Source: a virus
Taxonomy: Duplodnaviria > Caudoviricetes
Reading direction: 5' to 3' (one strand)
DNA length: 64,000 bases
Virus record (IMG/VR): IMGVR_UViG_2974518066_000001
Coordinates: 32,001 to 96,000 of that record
The notes beneath the pieces were generated by a model. That model made no database searches. It had not been told where the DNA came from and saw nothing but the letters and a program-made list of their open reading frames with translations. Each line of letters opens with the position of its first letter. Within the stretch, counting starts at the first letter, position 1. Position numbers and translations under genes: made by a program. This document shows positions 21,611 through 32,629 of the stretch, one piece after another.

Positions 21611-23228
21611 ACCAGCGCCCATTCATCATGGTCAGGATGGCGCGCTTGCCGTTGGCGTAGGTCACGATGTGAGCGTGAGCCCACGACGACAGGCCCTTAT
21701 TGTAGCCCATGTCCATCGATCCCGAGACGCCCGACACATAAGCGCCGTCGAGGATCGCCGGGCTATGCGTGTGGCCGGTGTTCGACTTCGATCCCATCCG
21801 AGTGAAGGCGTTCGGGCTGGCCTTGGCGCCGTTGGCACCGAGGTGGCCGTGCATCCCGCACTCGATGTCGCCGCAGATCATGAACGAGTTGTCTTCGTTC
21901 ACGAACTCCACGTCGGCCGGGCACCCGGCGGCGCGAAGAACATCCTCGAACACCGGCGGGCTGGTGACGCCGCTCGCGAGATAGCGATAGAAGTTCGCCT
22001 GCGTCCGCAGGAAGAACTCGGCGTTCTCCGGATCGTCCCGGTAGTCGGCCGTCTTGAGCCACTTCACCAGCGCCTGATCGTGGTTCGATTCCACGACGAT
22101 CGCCTGACAGTCATCACGGGCGACTTCCTGCAGGAACGTCGCACAACCGTGCAGAGCCGATTCCACATTCGCGACGCCGTGATAGTGGGTCGCAAACCGG
22201 AAGTGATGGTCCTTGATGTTGTGGTGGTTCCGGGGCGCGAAGTCCGAGAGATCGTGATAGAACTCGAAGTTCGGCCGAAGATGCTCGATCAGCGAGCCGC
22301 CGGTCAGATACCGCTCGCTGGTCTCGGTATCATATCCCCAAGTCGTCATGGCGACGATAGGGTCCAGCTTCTCGTGATGGATGTCGCCGTAGGTCAGCGC
22401 TTCGACGCGCACGTTCTCCGTGACACCCTTGGGCGTGATGTAGAGATCGAGATCGTAGAAGGAGCCGTCGTCATAGCTCGTCGCCAGCAGATGGCGGCAC
22501 CAGAAGGAACCGTCCGGTGCCAGCTCGACCAGCACCGCGCCGCAGACGTGATGGAAGCTGGCCTTGATGCCCGCCTTCTTGCGGATGTAGTTGGGCAGGG
22601 TGACCGAGCCCGTGGTCATGATCTGCTTGGCGATCTTCCCCTTCATCGTCGGGACCGACACCAACTGGACCTTGGGGTGCGGGAAGACGCCCCACTTGTC
22701 TCGGGTGTAGGTCTCGAAGCCCGACAGCGGCTTGACCGCCGTGGGGAGGGTGTTCATCTCGCCGCAGAAGGTGACGCCGGTGCCGATCTTCGCCGGTTCG
22801 TGGACGATGTAATCGTCGATCGACGGGTGGAAGCCGACCTTGGGCGAGCGCGTCTCGTGGTCCTCGAACAGCGTCTTGCTGTAGGTATAGCCGCCGATCA
22901 GGATTTCGCAGTTTTCCAGATACTCGGCGTAGACGTTGAGTGCCTGCCAGAACTCCTCATGGATCGCCGAGGAGTCCTGAGCCGAGGTCAGGATGAAATA
23001 GCGAGGCCGATCGGCCATCGGCTCGAAGGTCAGCGGGCGCGGCGGCCGGTTGCTGGTGAAGAAGAAGGTGATCTGGTCGCCGACTCCTTCGGAGGCAAGG
23101 GCGTGGAGATCGCGGGCGGCTCGCTTGAGGCGGCTGCGGAGGGTAGATTCCGCGATACCGAGAGCGCGAGCAGCGGGGCGAATGCCGCCGTGGGTATCGA
23201 TGGCTTCATGATAGGTCTGGATTTCCAT
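21603..23228 (-). CDS. HTH plus calcineurin-like metallophosphoesterase
   Basis: GIRPAARALGIAESTLRSRL; GDIH, SNHD, MHGH, GHTH. Confidence 0.75.
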   Translation of the reverse strand: MEIQTYHEAIDTHGGIRPAARALGIAESTLRSRLKRAARDLHALASEGVGDQITFFFTSNRPPRPLTFEPMADRPRYFILTSAQDSSAIHEEFWQALNVYAEYLENCEILIGGYTYSKTLFEDHETRSPKVGFHPSIDDYIVHEPAKIGTGVTFCGEMNTLPTAVKPLSGFETYTRDKWGVFPHPKVQLVSVPTMKGKIAKQIMTTGSVTLPNYIRKKAGIKASFHHVCGAVLVELAPDGSFWCRHLLATSYDDGSFYDLDLYITPKGVTENVRVEALTYGDIHHEKLDPIVAMTTWGYDTETSERYLTGGSLIEHLRPNFEFYHDLSDFAPRNHHNIKDHHFRFATHYHGVANVESALHGCATFLQEVARDDCQAIVVESNHDQALVKWLKTADYRDDPENAEFFLRTQANFYRYLASGVTSPPVFEDVLRAAGCPADVEFVNEDNSFMICGDIECGMHGHLGANGAKASPNAFTRMGSKSNTGHTHSPAILDGAYVSGVSGSMDMGYNKGLSSWAHAHIVTYANGKRAILTMMNGRWYA

Positions 23229-23240
23229 GTGTTAGTTAAA

Positions 23241-24011
23241 CTAACCCTGTTGGGCACAGAAAACCGGCTTCGCGGTCTTCGGGTGCGAGTAGCTGATGGA
23301 GGCCGGGCCGCGCACATGGCGCCAGTCCCAGATGAACCACGAATAGTTGTGGCGAGGAGAGCCGGTGGAGCCTTCGATCCAGCGCGGGCGCTTGGTCACC
23401 ACGATCTTCTTGTGGAAGGGTGGGAGGCCAAACAGGTCCATGCGCTTGGCGCCGCTGTCGAACTCGTTGCGGAGGAACATCGCGACCTGCCCCTTCACCG
23501 GCTCCATGAGCTTGATGGCGTGGCGGCAGAACTTCTCCGCGAGGCCGTCAGCGTAGGGGGGGTTGGTGATGATCGCTCGCGGCGCGACGTAGGGCGCGTC
23601 CTCGCCGTAGCTCTTGATCATCGGTAGCCCGGTGGCCGTAAGGAAGTCCTTGCCCGGCTCTCCATAGCCCTGATCGTTCAGGTCCGTGGAGATCACGGTG
23701 TGGCCGAACTGTCCGAGACGTTTGGAGATCGCACCGTTGCCGCAGGCCGGTTCCCAGACCAGTTGATGGAAGCTGATATGCTCCAGCAAGCAGTCCACGT
23801 TCTCAGGCGGTGTGGGGTAGAAATCCTCGGCGATGCGCTCATAGCCGCTGTCGCCAAGCATAGCGCTGTCCCGCCGGGCCGCTTCCTGACGCCGCAGAAT
23901 TTCCTCTGCAGCGTCAGCATCTACCCGAGGAAGGGAGCCGCCTCCGCCGGTGCCTACCGACGCCCACTTCGCTTCGAGGTCGCGGTGCTGGTATGCAAGG
24001 TCAGCCAGCAC
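23241..24011 (-). CDS. DNA amino-methyltransferase (N6-adenine-like)
   Basis: FYPTPP, WEPACGNG, TNPPY. Confidence 0.8.
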   Translation of the reverse strand: MLADLAYQHRDLEAKWASVGTGGGGSLPRVDADAAEEILRRQEAARRDSAMLGDSGYERIAEDFYPTPPENVDCLLEHISFHQLVWEPACGNGAISKRLGQFGHTVISTDLNDQGYGEPGKDFLTATGLPMIKSYGEDAPYVAPRAIITNPPYADGLAEKFCRHAIKLMEPVKGQVAMFLRNEFDSGAKRMDLFGLPPFHKKIVVTKRPRWIEGSTGSPRHNYSWFIWDWRHVRGPASISYSHPKTAKPVFCAQQG

Positions 24012-24256
24012 GGGCGCGGCGCTCCTGTCGCTGGTAATGGAGGGTCAGCTTCTCCGCCGCGCTCAGGGGCTGCGGCGTTTCGTTGAGCCGGGCGGCGATG
24101 GCGTCGAACACCTCCTTGGTTTCGGAGAGAGACGGGCCAGTGAAGGCGGCCGACACGACGACATCGGACCCCGGCGGCGTCGTGGTGATCGAGATATTGG
24201 TGTGGCTCATGCAGCGAAAGTCCCGTGCGTGTGGGAGACGATTTTGATGTCCATGG

Positions 24257-25000
24257 TCAGATTCCGTAGCCGCGATTTGCGTAGCCGAGCGGGACGTAGT
24301 TGCCCTGCCAGCGATTGATCTCCTCGAACTTTTCGAGGAACATCCGCTTGGCCTCCTTGGGCGACCAGCAGTAGAACTCGGGCACGACTTCATCGATCGT
24401 CACGCCCGGATGATCCGCTTCATTGCCGTAGGGGATCGGCGGCTTGCCGATGAGCTTGTCGCGCTCCAAGAAGATCATCATGTTGTCCACCTTCTTGGTG
24501 GCTTCGACGATGGCGCCGCAGACCGGGACACTGAACTCGTCGATGATCGCGCTCATCAGCTCGCGCTCATAGTCGTAATAGCCGCCGAGGTAGGGCTTGA
24601 GCGGGCGAGGCACGTCGCACAGATATGCCTCACTGGCGTCGTGCATCAGGCCGTAGAGCGCCGGGCTCTTGACCCGCTCCCACTCGGCGTCGGGCACCAG
24701 TTTCTGGCGGCCGAGGTTCACCAGATCGGCGACGATGACGCAGTGCTGGGCGACCGAATAATGGATGGGGTCGCCGGTGGCGAGGTCGGAGGTTCCGCCC
24801 ATCCAACGGCACTGGAGTGAAAGCGAGTGTGCGATATACTCGATGTCCAGCTTGTTGATGGGATGCTTGGGTTCGAGCGGGGCGAAGACGCGCCCATGGG
24901 GGAGCTGAATCCAGTCGGAGGTCGGGAAGCCGCAGTCGATCGGCGGCAACGCCGGGTCATAACGATCCGGCGTCCCCGGAAGGGGAGGGAATTGGCTCAT
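24257..25000 (-). CDS. HD-domain 5'-deoxynucleotidase (YfbR-like)
   Basis: IAHSLS...YSVAQH...LMHDASEAYLCD. Confidence 0.85.
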   Translation of the reverse strand: MSQFPPLPGTPDRYDPALPPIDCGFPTSDWIQLPHGRVFAPLEPKHPINKLDIEYIAHSLSLQCRWMGGTSDLATGDPIHYSVAQHCVIVADLVNLGRQKLVPDAEWERVKSPALYGLMHDASEAYLCDVPRPLKPYLGGYYDYERELMSAIIDEFSVPVCGAIVEATKKVDNMMIFLERDKLIGKPPIPYGNEADHPGVTIDEVVPEFYCWSPKEAKRMFLEKFEEINRWQGNYVPLGYANRGYGI

Positions 25001-25375
25001 GTCGGGGGAAATCCTGCTATCAGGGTTCAGCGTGGGTAGACGCAATATTCCGCAATGTCAAGTTAAACTAACACTGCTTGGTCGGTAAAATGGCACCCAT
25101 GTCCTTGCCCGCGTTCTCCAAGGCATCACGCATCAGATCGCCAGCGAGGGTCTGGAGGAGGTCGTTCAGATATTCCATCGCCTCCTTGTAACCGGTGCAG
25201 GACGAAGCCGAGTGCGTCGATATCTTGATCGTCTTCGGGTCGCCATATTCTGCGAACCAGCGAACGGCGGCGAGGGCCTTTTCAGCCTTCCAGAGCTTGT
25301 TCCGCAGCTCGGTGGTGGCTTCCGCTGCTTGGGCAGAAAGCGAAGCCACTTTCTCGGCGACATCAGGGGAGAGGT

Positions 25376-25885
25376 TCATTCCGCAACTGCCACCAGTTGA
25401 ACCGACAAGATCGCCATCTCGTCGTCGAGCCCGGCCGAGGACAGCGCGCAGGGCGTCTCGTTGGACGTGATGTAGGTGATCTTGAAGATGGCCGACCGGC
25501 CGGTGTAGCCGCCGCCGAACGGATCGAACTCGCGGAGCAGCATCTTGTCGCCGACCCGATACTGGCGGTCGCGCTTGTTCCGCATGTCGTGCTTCTTGGT
25601 GCCGTCGAGCATGGGGCCGAAGAACTGCGGCCACGACTTGACCTCGTAGTCATAGGCGTTGGTGGGCTGGCGGAAGACCTGCAGCGCGCCGTGCTGATAG
25701 TCATAGACATCAGTGGCCGCCGCCAGCTCGGGCGGGATAGTGAATGGGCTCAGGGGATTGGGCATGAAGGCCTTCTCAGATTCTTGGTTTTGGGAGCGGT
25801 GGCACAGTCCCGCTTGGCAGTCGGAGCAGTATTTGTGACTGATTCCGTAGGACTCGCCGCAGCAGCTACAGTCGTAATGGGCCAT
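25376..25885 (-). CDS. ASCH/DUF3850 domain protein with Cys-rich N-terminus
   Basis: VKSWPQFF...GTKKHDMRNKRDRQYRVGD.MLLREFD. Confidence 0.7.
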   Translation of the reverse strand: MAHYDCSCCGESYGISHKYCSDCQAGLCHRSQNQESEKAFMPNPLSPFTIPPELAAATDVYDYQHGALQVFRQPTNAYDYEVKSWPQFFGPMLDGTKKHDMRNKRDRQYRVGDKMLLREFDPFGGGYTGRSAIFKITYITSNETPCALSSAGLDDEMAILSVQLVAVAE

Positions 25886-26102
25886 CAGACGGCGCTGATG
25901 TCGTAGCGGTGGCGCCAGCCTTCGGTGCCGAAGGTGTCATCTTCATCCATCACGTCCAGCGCGGTGATGACCTCTTCGAGAATATACCGCTTGTCATCGG
26001 TCTCGATTTCTTCGGCGTCACCGATCAGCTTGGTCAGCAACTCGGTGAAGAGCTGATCGACGGGACCATCTTTCAGGTCGTAGACTTTGGTTCGGGGCAT
26101 GT

Positions 26103-26468
26103 TCACTCCTTGGCAGTGATGGCAGCGGCGCGGATGCGCCAGAGTTCGGTCGCCTGACACACGCTGCCCGGCCGCCCGAAGCGATCCGACAGCCCGGCGG
26201 CGACGACGATGATGGGGAGGAGATGAGGGTGCTCGGCCATGTAGCGATCCCACAGCTCCGCATAGAGCTGGGCGACCTCCTTGGCGTTCACCGGCCGGAA
26301 GCCTTTCGCCTCCTTGATCGAGAGACCGGTATCGCCGTTGCGGAACACCTTGGCGGCTTGGTATTGCTCCTCGATCGTCTTCCCGCCCACACGGGCGTAG
26401 AAGGCGCTGAACCGGCGGTCACCAGCACTGGAGCATTCGAGATAGGGCGGGGCGCCGTGCTTGATCAC
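26103..26468 (-). CDS. conserved phage protein (NADAR-like, tentative)
   Basis: ECSSAGDRRFSAFYA...IEEQYQAAK. Confidence 0.5.
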   Translation of the reverse strand: MIKHGAPPYLECSSAGDRRFSAFYARVGGKTIEEQYQAAKVFRNGDTGLSIKEAKGFRPVNAKEVAQLYAELWDRYMAEHPHLLPIIVVAAGLSDRFGRPGSVCQATELWRIRAAAITAKE

Positions 26469-28291
26469 GCTGCTTCCTTTTGCCGTTCGTTGTCGTTGGA
26501 TGATGGAGGCGGCGCGCCGTCCACGCCCTTCTGGATCATGGCGATGCGGTTGATCAGGGTGTTGATGGTGCGGGCGTCGATCGTGCCTTCGACCACCAGA
26601 TATTGGACGAGGACATTATGTTCGAGGCCGATGCGGTGGGCGCGATCCTCGCACTGTTCCATGTCGCCGGGGACCGACCACATCTCCACGAACACCACCA
26701 CCGTCGCCTCGGTCAGCGTGTGGCCGACGCCGCCCGCCTTGAGGTTGCAGATGATGACGTTGCAGTCCGGATCGGGCTCGATGCCCTTGTCCTTGTCGCC
26801 TTGGAACCGGAGCTTGTCCGCCTCGACCTTCTTCGTCCCCATACCGCCGACGATGCGGGCACAGGAGGGAAAGGCTTCGCGGATGCCCTCGACGACATCC
26901 TTGTGGATGGCGAAGACGATGACCTTTTCTCCCGCCTCTACGAGGCGCTTGATGTGTTCGATGGCCATCGGCACCTTGGACAGGGCCAGCTCGTGCCGCG
27001 CTTCCGAGAAGGCCGCAAAGCCCGGCTCGACCTCGCCCGCCGACAGCTCGGAGATGTGCTCGGAGTCGAACCCGTCGCCGAGGATTTGCGTCATGGCGTC
27101 GAGCATCACGCCCGGATCGGCCTCGGCCAGAGACTTCTTCGGCTCGAACTTCACACCGGCGTTGGCCGCCTGCAGCATCGCCAGTGCCGTGGTGAACTTG
27201 TCGCGCTCGGTGTTGATCTTCTTCTTCAAGCCCTCGGGCGGCAGGACGATTACCTGTCGCGTCTTGGGCGGGAGGTCCTTCAAGACGTTCGACTTCAAGC
27301 GCCGGATCATGAAGGCCTTGCGAAGCAGCTCGTTCAGCTCTTCGAGGTTCGAGCCGCCGGAAACGTCCAGCCCGAAGCCGTTATCGAAGGCGTCGCAATA
27401 GCGGATCGCGAACTCGTCGTAATTGATGCCCAGACCTTCCGGGTCGAACTCCCGGATAATCGGCCACAGGTCGATCGGCCGCTTCATCATCGGCGTGCCG
27501 GTCAGCATCAGGCGCCGCTCGGCGCGGATCATCCCGGCGACGGATTCCCGGCCGACCTTGATCCGCTTGCGCTGCCAGCGTTTGGTGTTGCGGTTGAAGA
27601 AATATTCGCCGAACACAGCCTTGGTGCGGCCGGAATTGGCGTTCGACATATACTGAGCCTCATCGCACACGAGGATGCCCCAATGCTCAGCCCACAGCGC
27701 GTCCTTGTTGCGCTGGAGGATGTCGTAGTTGATGATGACGAAATCGGCCTCATCGGCGGTGGGGAACTTCGAGCCGTCGCAGACCGCGACGCGCAGCGAC
27801 TTGTCCACCAGCCACTTTTCCATCTCCTTCTTCCAGTTGAGCTTGAGCGTGGCGGGGACCACGATCACGCCCGACGTGATGCCGAGATAGTTGATGAGGC
27901 CGATCGCTTGGATGGTCTTCCCAAGGCCCGGACTGTCCGCGATCAGCGTGTCATACCGTTCAGCGGCATACAGGATGCCCGCCTTCTGGTATGGGAGATA
28001 GTCGAGGACATCACCCTTATGGTTCACGAGGTGGGGACGCGGAATGTCCGCCTCGGCGAACATGGAGTAGGAAGCGTTCAGTTCCGCTTCGTGCTTATCG
28101 AGAAGGTCCTTGACCTCCCAATATGCTTCGTCGTCCAGTTCGTCGAGGAAGACCGCCGCCTTGCGCCAGTCCTTGCAATACCATTTGCGAGTGATGAGGC
28201 GATCGAACTTGAAGCCTGCATCATGGAGCCGGTCGCGGTCTTCCTTGCTGCAGGTCGCGACGAAACGATCGCCAACCTTGGAGATGATCAT
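26465..28291 (-). CDS. SNF2/HARP-like helicase
   Basis: DSPGLGKTIQ, CDEAQ, LTGTP, QCEDRAHRIG. Confidence 0.9.
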   Translation of the reverse strand: MIISKVGDRFVATCSKEDRDRLHDAGFKFDRLITRKWYCKDWRKAAVFLDELDDEAYWEVKDLLDKHEAELNASYSMFAEADIPRPHLVNHKGDVLDYLPYQKAGILYAAERYDTLIADSPGLGKTIQAIGLINYLGITSGVIVVPATLKLNWKKEMEKWLVDKSLRVAVCDGSKFPTADEADFVIINYDILQRNKDALWAEHWGILVCDEAQYMSNANSGRTKAVFGEYFFNRNTKRWQRKRIKVGRESVAGMIRAERRLMLTGTPMMKRPIDLWPIIREFDPEGLGINYDEFAIRYCDAFDNGFGLDVSGGSNLEELNELLRKAFMIRRLKSNVLKDLPPKTRQVIVLPPEGLKKKINTERDKFTTALAMLQAANAGVKFEPKKSLAEADPGVMLDAMTQILGDGFDSEHISELSAGEVEPGFAAFSEARHELALSKVPMAIEHIKRLVEAGEKVIVFAIHKDVVEGIREAFPSCARIVGGMGTKKVEADKLRFQGDKDKGIEPDPDCNVIICNLKAGGVGHTLTEATVVVFVEMWSVPGDMEQCEDRAHRIGLEHNVLVQYLVVEGTIDARTINTLINRIAMIQKGVDGAPPPSSNDNERQKEAA

Positions 28292-28479
28292 TGGTTAGTG
28301 GAACTTCCCGATCTCGACGGTCAGGACGAGGGAGGTGCTGTCAGCCAACACCTCCGGATTGACTTTGAGGGCGCGGCGGATTTCGCTGCACACGATCTCA
28401 GCCGGATTGAAGGCGGCGTCCACGATCAGCTTGTCGATCTTGATCACCGCCTCCGCCGGTTTGTCGCCGACGACCAGAT

Positions 28480-28971
28480 TCACGCGGCGAGGCCGAACAT
28501 GCTGTTGATGGCAGCGTTGATGGTGGCCGCAGTCACTGCCGCATAGAACTCGTCCTGCGTGGTGATGCCGGTGTCCGGACGCAGCTCGCCGCGTTCGTTG
28601 AAGATGATGTCGTAACGAGCGGCGTTGAGGTTGCGGTGCAGCTCGACTTCGGCGCCGGTGGCGTAGCCGGTCGCAACGGCACGCGCGTATCCGGCCTCGT
28701 CGGCTGCTTCCCAGAGCTGACGGGTGGTCGGCGCCGGGTTCACGGGAGCCTCTTCCGCCGCGCCGCCGCGCGCCTGCTGGATGACCGCCGTCGCCAAGCG
28801 GATGTTCGTCAGGTCGCCGGGCGCGACGTTGATGGTGAAGCCGTGGGCGCCGCGATGGTCGTAGACCTGCGGCGTCAGGCCGAGGTCGGTCAGCAGTTCG
28901 CCGATCAGGTTCAGGATGGTGGTCTTGCCAGCGCCCATGGGGCCGGTTGCGCTGATCTGGATCGTGTTCAT
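28480..28971 (-). CDS. hypothetical protein with N-terminal Walker A-like motif
   Basis: GPMGAGKTT. Confidence 0.55.
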   Translation of the reverse strand: MNTIQISATGPMGAGKTTILNLIGELLTDLGLTPQVYDHRGAHGFTINVAPGDLTNIRLATAVIQQARGGAAEEAPVNPAPTTRQLWEAADEAGYARAVATGYATGAEVELHRNLNAARYDIIFNERGELRPDTGITTQDEFYAAVTAATINAAINSMFGLAA

Positions 28972-29076
28972 GGGATACCTATTTGTTGGTGGTGGTGGGG
29001 AGGTGGAATCGTCCCGCGATCGAGAGGAAGGTCGCGAGGAAGATGGAGGAGAGGACCAGCCAGATCGGCCAATCCA

Positions 29077-30369
29077 TTAGAGGCCGAGCTTCTTCTTCCA
29101 GCCGCGAAGGGTGGAGTCCTGAATGCCGAGGCTGCGAGCTGCGGCGCGGATCGACACACCTTCCAGCGCAGTCTTGATATCGACAGCCTTGAACTCGCGA
29201 CCATCGGCCGTCGTGAAGACAGGATCGAAGTCGAAACCGACGACAGAGTCCTGTTGCAGTTCCTCGTGATCGTCCGGGATGGTCAGTGACACATTATCGA
29301 TCGAGAAGCTGGGCAGGCCGTAATAGCGGATCAGTCCCGGAGCGCCGTGTTCGATCGAAATGGCGTCATCGTCTTCGAGATGGCGGATTTCCTCGACAGG
29401 GAACGTGACCTTCACGGAATCCACGGGGCGGCCATCAACGAACACCCAAGCAAGACCGTCAGCTACATAGCTCAAAGTCCCGGCCCGGCTGGTCTGGGGA
29501 TGGTAGATGCGATCTTCGGTCACAAACACCGGATCGGGAGCCGCGACGAGGGGAGCATCCACGGCAGCGTCAGGCAGCTTGATCATGCTCAGGACGCCCG
29601 CCGGGAACTCGGCCGGGTCTTCGAGATTGACGACCGTCTTGCGCCAGCACTGATGGTATGCGGCCGACTGTCCGCTCAGCTCGGCGACGACTTCGTAGCG
29701 GCAGCAGCGCCCCTTGGTGAAGCCGTAGTCGGACGGGATCGAGGTCACGTCCTTCGGATTGATCTTGACCACGACGACGCGCTCGCCGCCGAAGTTTCCG
29801 ATGTAGCCGATCGAGCAGAAGTGGAAGCCGGTGGAGCAGGTGTTGTCGCGCTTGGGATCGCAGGCATCACGGTCCATTTCCAAAATGGTGCCCGGCGAAT
29901 TGTCGAACATGCCCGAGTGGCAATCGGTATAGTTCTGCCGCACCTTCTTGAAGGCGAGGAAGCAGCCATCGGGCGTCAGCGGCATCTTGGCCTTTTCCAG
30001 CCACTGATACAGCTCTTCCTTGGCGTAGTTCGCCGGGTTGAGATGCACGTTGTCCATGAACGTCGCCCACGGTGTCAGGTCGATGCGCTGGTTCAGGATT
30101 TCCAGCATCCGCTCGGCGAGGTAGCCGTGGACCTGTTGGCCATCGTAATGGATTTCGTCCTCGAAGACGGTCACCTTGCCGATCGACAGGTGCTCGATGA
30201 GCGACTTGATCGTGATGTAGGTGCGGATGGCTTCGAGGTCGCGGTCAGCGGGTGCCTTCTGCAGCTCAGCCAGAAGGAAGGGATGGTTGGCGTGGGAAGT
30301 GTCGATGGTGTTGAAGACGCCATCAAGGAACACGGTGATCGACGATGCACCGAGCGTAAAGCTAAGCAT
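29077..30369 (-). CDS. rIIB: rIIB-like protein with C-terminal HTH
   Basis: TPDGCFLAFKKV, CSTGFH, VKINPKDVTSIPSDY...KGRCCRYEV. Confidence 0.88.
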   Translation of the reverse strand: MLSFTLGASSITVFLDGVFNTIDTSHANHPFLLAELQKAPADRDLEAIRTYITIKSLIEHLSIGKVTVFEDEIHYDGQQVHGYLAERMLEILNQRIDLTPWATFMDNVHLNPANYAKEELYQWLEKAKMPLTPDGCFLAFKKVRQNYTDCHSGMFDNSPGTILEMDRDACDPKRDNTCSTGFHFCSIGYIGNFGGERVVVVKINPKDVTSIPSDYGFTKGRCCRYEVVAELSGQSAAYHQCWRKTVVNLEDPAEFPAGVLSMIKLPDAAVDAPLVAAPDPVFVTEDRIYHPQTSRAGTLSYVADGLAWVFVDGRPVDSVKVTFPVEEIRHLEDDDAISIEHGAPGLIRYYGLPSFSIDNVSLTIPDDHEELQQDSVVGFDFDPVFTTADGREFKAVDIKTALEGVSIRAAARSLGIQDSTLRGWKKKLGL

Positions 30370-30382
30370 GGGATTTCCTTGG

Positions 30383-32629
30383 TTAGGAAGCGTTGAGGAT
30401 GTTGAGGATCGTCTTGATCGTCTTGTCGCGGTCGCTGTGATATTTGCCGCTGCTGTTCATCAGATCGACCTTCACTTCCCACTCCTTGGAGAGGAGCGGG
30501 GAGGGGAACCGGCCGCCCTCGCACGGCGGAAGGACTTCCATCCCCATCGACGTGGCGATGTGGATGATGTCGTTGACGATCTTCTCCATCGCCGGGTTCT
30601 TCGACGAATGGAGCTGTTCAAATGCGCCCTGCAGATCGGGCGCCGTCTGAGACTTCGACAGATTATAGCGGTCGAAGAGCTTCACCAGCGGGGAGCGGTG
30701 AAGACCTTCCACGCTTCCCCATCGCTTGCTCAGCGCCGTGATCGCCGACCGGTAGCGGGAAGTCGTAAAGCGCTCATCGTTGATCCACGCGACGCACTGG
30801 CCGATCTGCTTTTTGGTCAAGCGCTCGGCGAAGGTGTCGAGCACATCGTAGACCAGCGGGAGATCGTCCCAGCGGCCGGGCTTGTCGTTGGACCGCGTGT
30901 TGACGATGGCGATCGACGGCCCGCCCGTGAGGGCCAATAGCTCATGCAGAGCATTGACATCTTCGCCGCTGATGTCGGGATACCGATCAGGGTCCGGGTT
31001 GATCACGAGGCCGCGATGGATCAGCGCGAACAGCGAGCCGTCCGTATCGTCGTCTTGGGTGGCGGCGCGCCATGCGCCGTTCTCGATGATCTTGATGCGA
31101 TCAAACGATCCGCCCACGCCGCCTGACCGGCGGATCATCTTCTCTTCGACATCCTTCGGCGGCTTGACCAGCTCGGAGGCGCGGACGATCGGCGGGCGGC
31201 CCATCTTGTTGTAGACGGCCCACGACAGATAGCCGGGCTCGAACACATAGGCGTGGGTCTTGCCGATCTGCTGGAGGTGGTAGTGGATGCGGCCATTGAG
31301 GTAGCGACCACTATCGTCGCGGAATACGAAGATCGCGTTGCTGACCTCAGCCTGCTTGGGCGCGCCGGAGGCGGCTCGACCGGAATAGGTGAAGACGTGA
31401 TCTCGCACACCTTCCTGATCCTTGAACACCACGACGCGCTGAAAAGCGTTTTCTGAATTGAACTTGCCCCGGCTCTTGGGCAGCAGCTTGTGGATATATT
31501 CCTCCACCGCGCTTGCTTGGAGGAAGAAGTCCGATTGCTCGAACAAGGGGCCGAGGTTGGCAAAGGCGGGAAGGCGGGCCGTGGCGCAGCGCTCGAAGCC
31601 GCTTCGACCATCGAAATTCGTATGGATCACTTCGTCGAGATCGGACAGGAACTGCCCCCAGCGCTGGCGAATGGCCTCGACGGTGCGGTCGTTATAGGCC
31701 AGCCGCTCGCGCGAAAGGTCGAAGTCGATGGCGCCGATCGGGAAGTCCATCACGATCGTCATGTCGAGATTGGCGAAGCGAGCGAACTCCTCCGACAGCT
31801 CGACCGCGACATCATCTTCATCACCGTCAGCGGCCTCCGTGACGATCAGGCGATCATCGATCTGGAACAGGTCGATCGGGTAGATGACGCAGCCCTGCCG
31901 CGCGTAGAAGCCGCCATCGGGGAGATAGGATTTGGGATAGGCCTTCCAGAACCCACCGACCTGCAGCGGCTCGGTCTTGATGGCATCGCGGACATCGATC
32001 GGCAGGCCGTGCGGCAGGATCGGGAAGCCCTTGAAGACGCGGATGGCCGCCGTCTGGAACGACTTCATGTCCCGGTTCTTGACCGCGAACTCGACCTTCA
32101 CACCGGCCGGTTCATCACTCACCACGGTGCCAGCATGAGCCACTTCCGGCTCGCCGGTCTCGCCGATGAACACGGTGTAGAACATTGCATAGCCATCCTG
32201 CCATACCGTGATGGTGCAGGTGTCCGTGTAGGTGAAGAAGGACATGCGGCCGAGGCCAAGGCAACCGACCTGATCGTCGGGCGTGATGAGATGGGCATCA
32301 GCCTCGTTGAGCCCGTCCTTGGTGGACTCGAACATGATGGCGAACCGGCTCATCATGAAGTCGTGGCTCATGCCCGTGCCGTAGTCTCGAATCCAGAAGC
32401 TGGGCTTGAGCGGCGTCGGGAGGTGAATGTCGAAGGGGACAAGCGTGCCTGCTGCCTTGTGAGCGTCGAAAGCATTGGTCGAAAGCTCGCGGATGGCGGC
32501 TTCGATCTTGCGCGAATACAGTCCGTCGATCAGTCCACGGAAGGCTTTGGCGCTTGCTGAAATGCTGAATTTGGTGGACGCGCCGAAACCTTCGGCGCGG
32601 ACAGCGGCGTGCCCGGCTTGAAAACGCAT
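30383..32629 (-). CDS. rIIA: rIIA-like protein (GHKL ATPase)
   Basis: LYSRKIEAAIRELSTNAFDAH, RDYGTGMS, GCLGLG; adjacent to rIIB. Confidence 0.88.
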   Translation of the reverse strand: MRFQAGHAAVRAEGFGASTKFSISASAKAFRGLIDGLYSRKIEAAIRELSTNAFDAHKAAGTLVPFDIHLPTPLKPSFWIRDYGTGMSHDFMMSRFAIMFESTKDGLNEADAHLITPDDQVGCLGLGRMSFFTYTDTCTITVWQDGYAMFYTVFIGETGEPEVAHAGTVVSDEPAGVKVEFAVKNRDMKSFQTAAIRVFKGFPILPHGLPIDVRDAIKTEPLQVGGFWKAYPKSYLPDGGFYARQGCVIYPIDLFQIDDRLIVTEAADGDEDDVAVELSEEFARFANLDMTIVMDFPIGAIDFDLSRERLAYNDRTVEAIRQRWGQFLSDLDEVIHTNFDGRSGFERCATARLPAFANLGPLFEQSDFFLQASAVEEYIHKLLPKSRGKFNSENAFQRVVVFKDQEGVRDHVFTYSGRAASGAPKQAEVSNAIFVFRDDSGRYLNGRIHYHLQQIGKTHAYVFEPGYLSWAVYNKMGRPPIVRASELVKPPKDVEEKMIRRSGGVGGSFDRIKIIENGAWRAATQDDDTDGSLFALIHRGLVINPDPDRYPDISGEDVNALHELLALTGGPSIAIVNTRSNDKPGRWDDLPLVYDVLDTFAERLTKKQIGQCVAWINDERFTTSRYRSAITALSKRWGSVEGLHRSPLVKLFDRYNLSKSQTAPDLQGAFEQLHSSKNPAMEKIVNDIIHIATSMGMEVLPPCEGGRFPSPLLSKEWEVKVDLMNSSGKYHSDRDKTIKTILNILNAS

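Noticed and set aside
18123-28546. Long antisense ORFs (e.g. 18123-20651, 21669-23627, 26603-28546)
   Set aside because: Shadow frames of GC-rich genes on the opposite strand, with no motifs.
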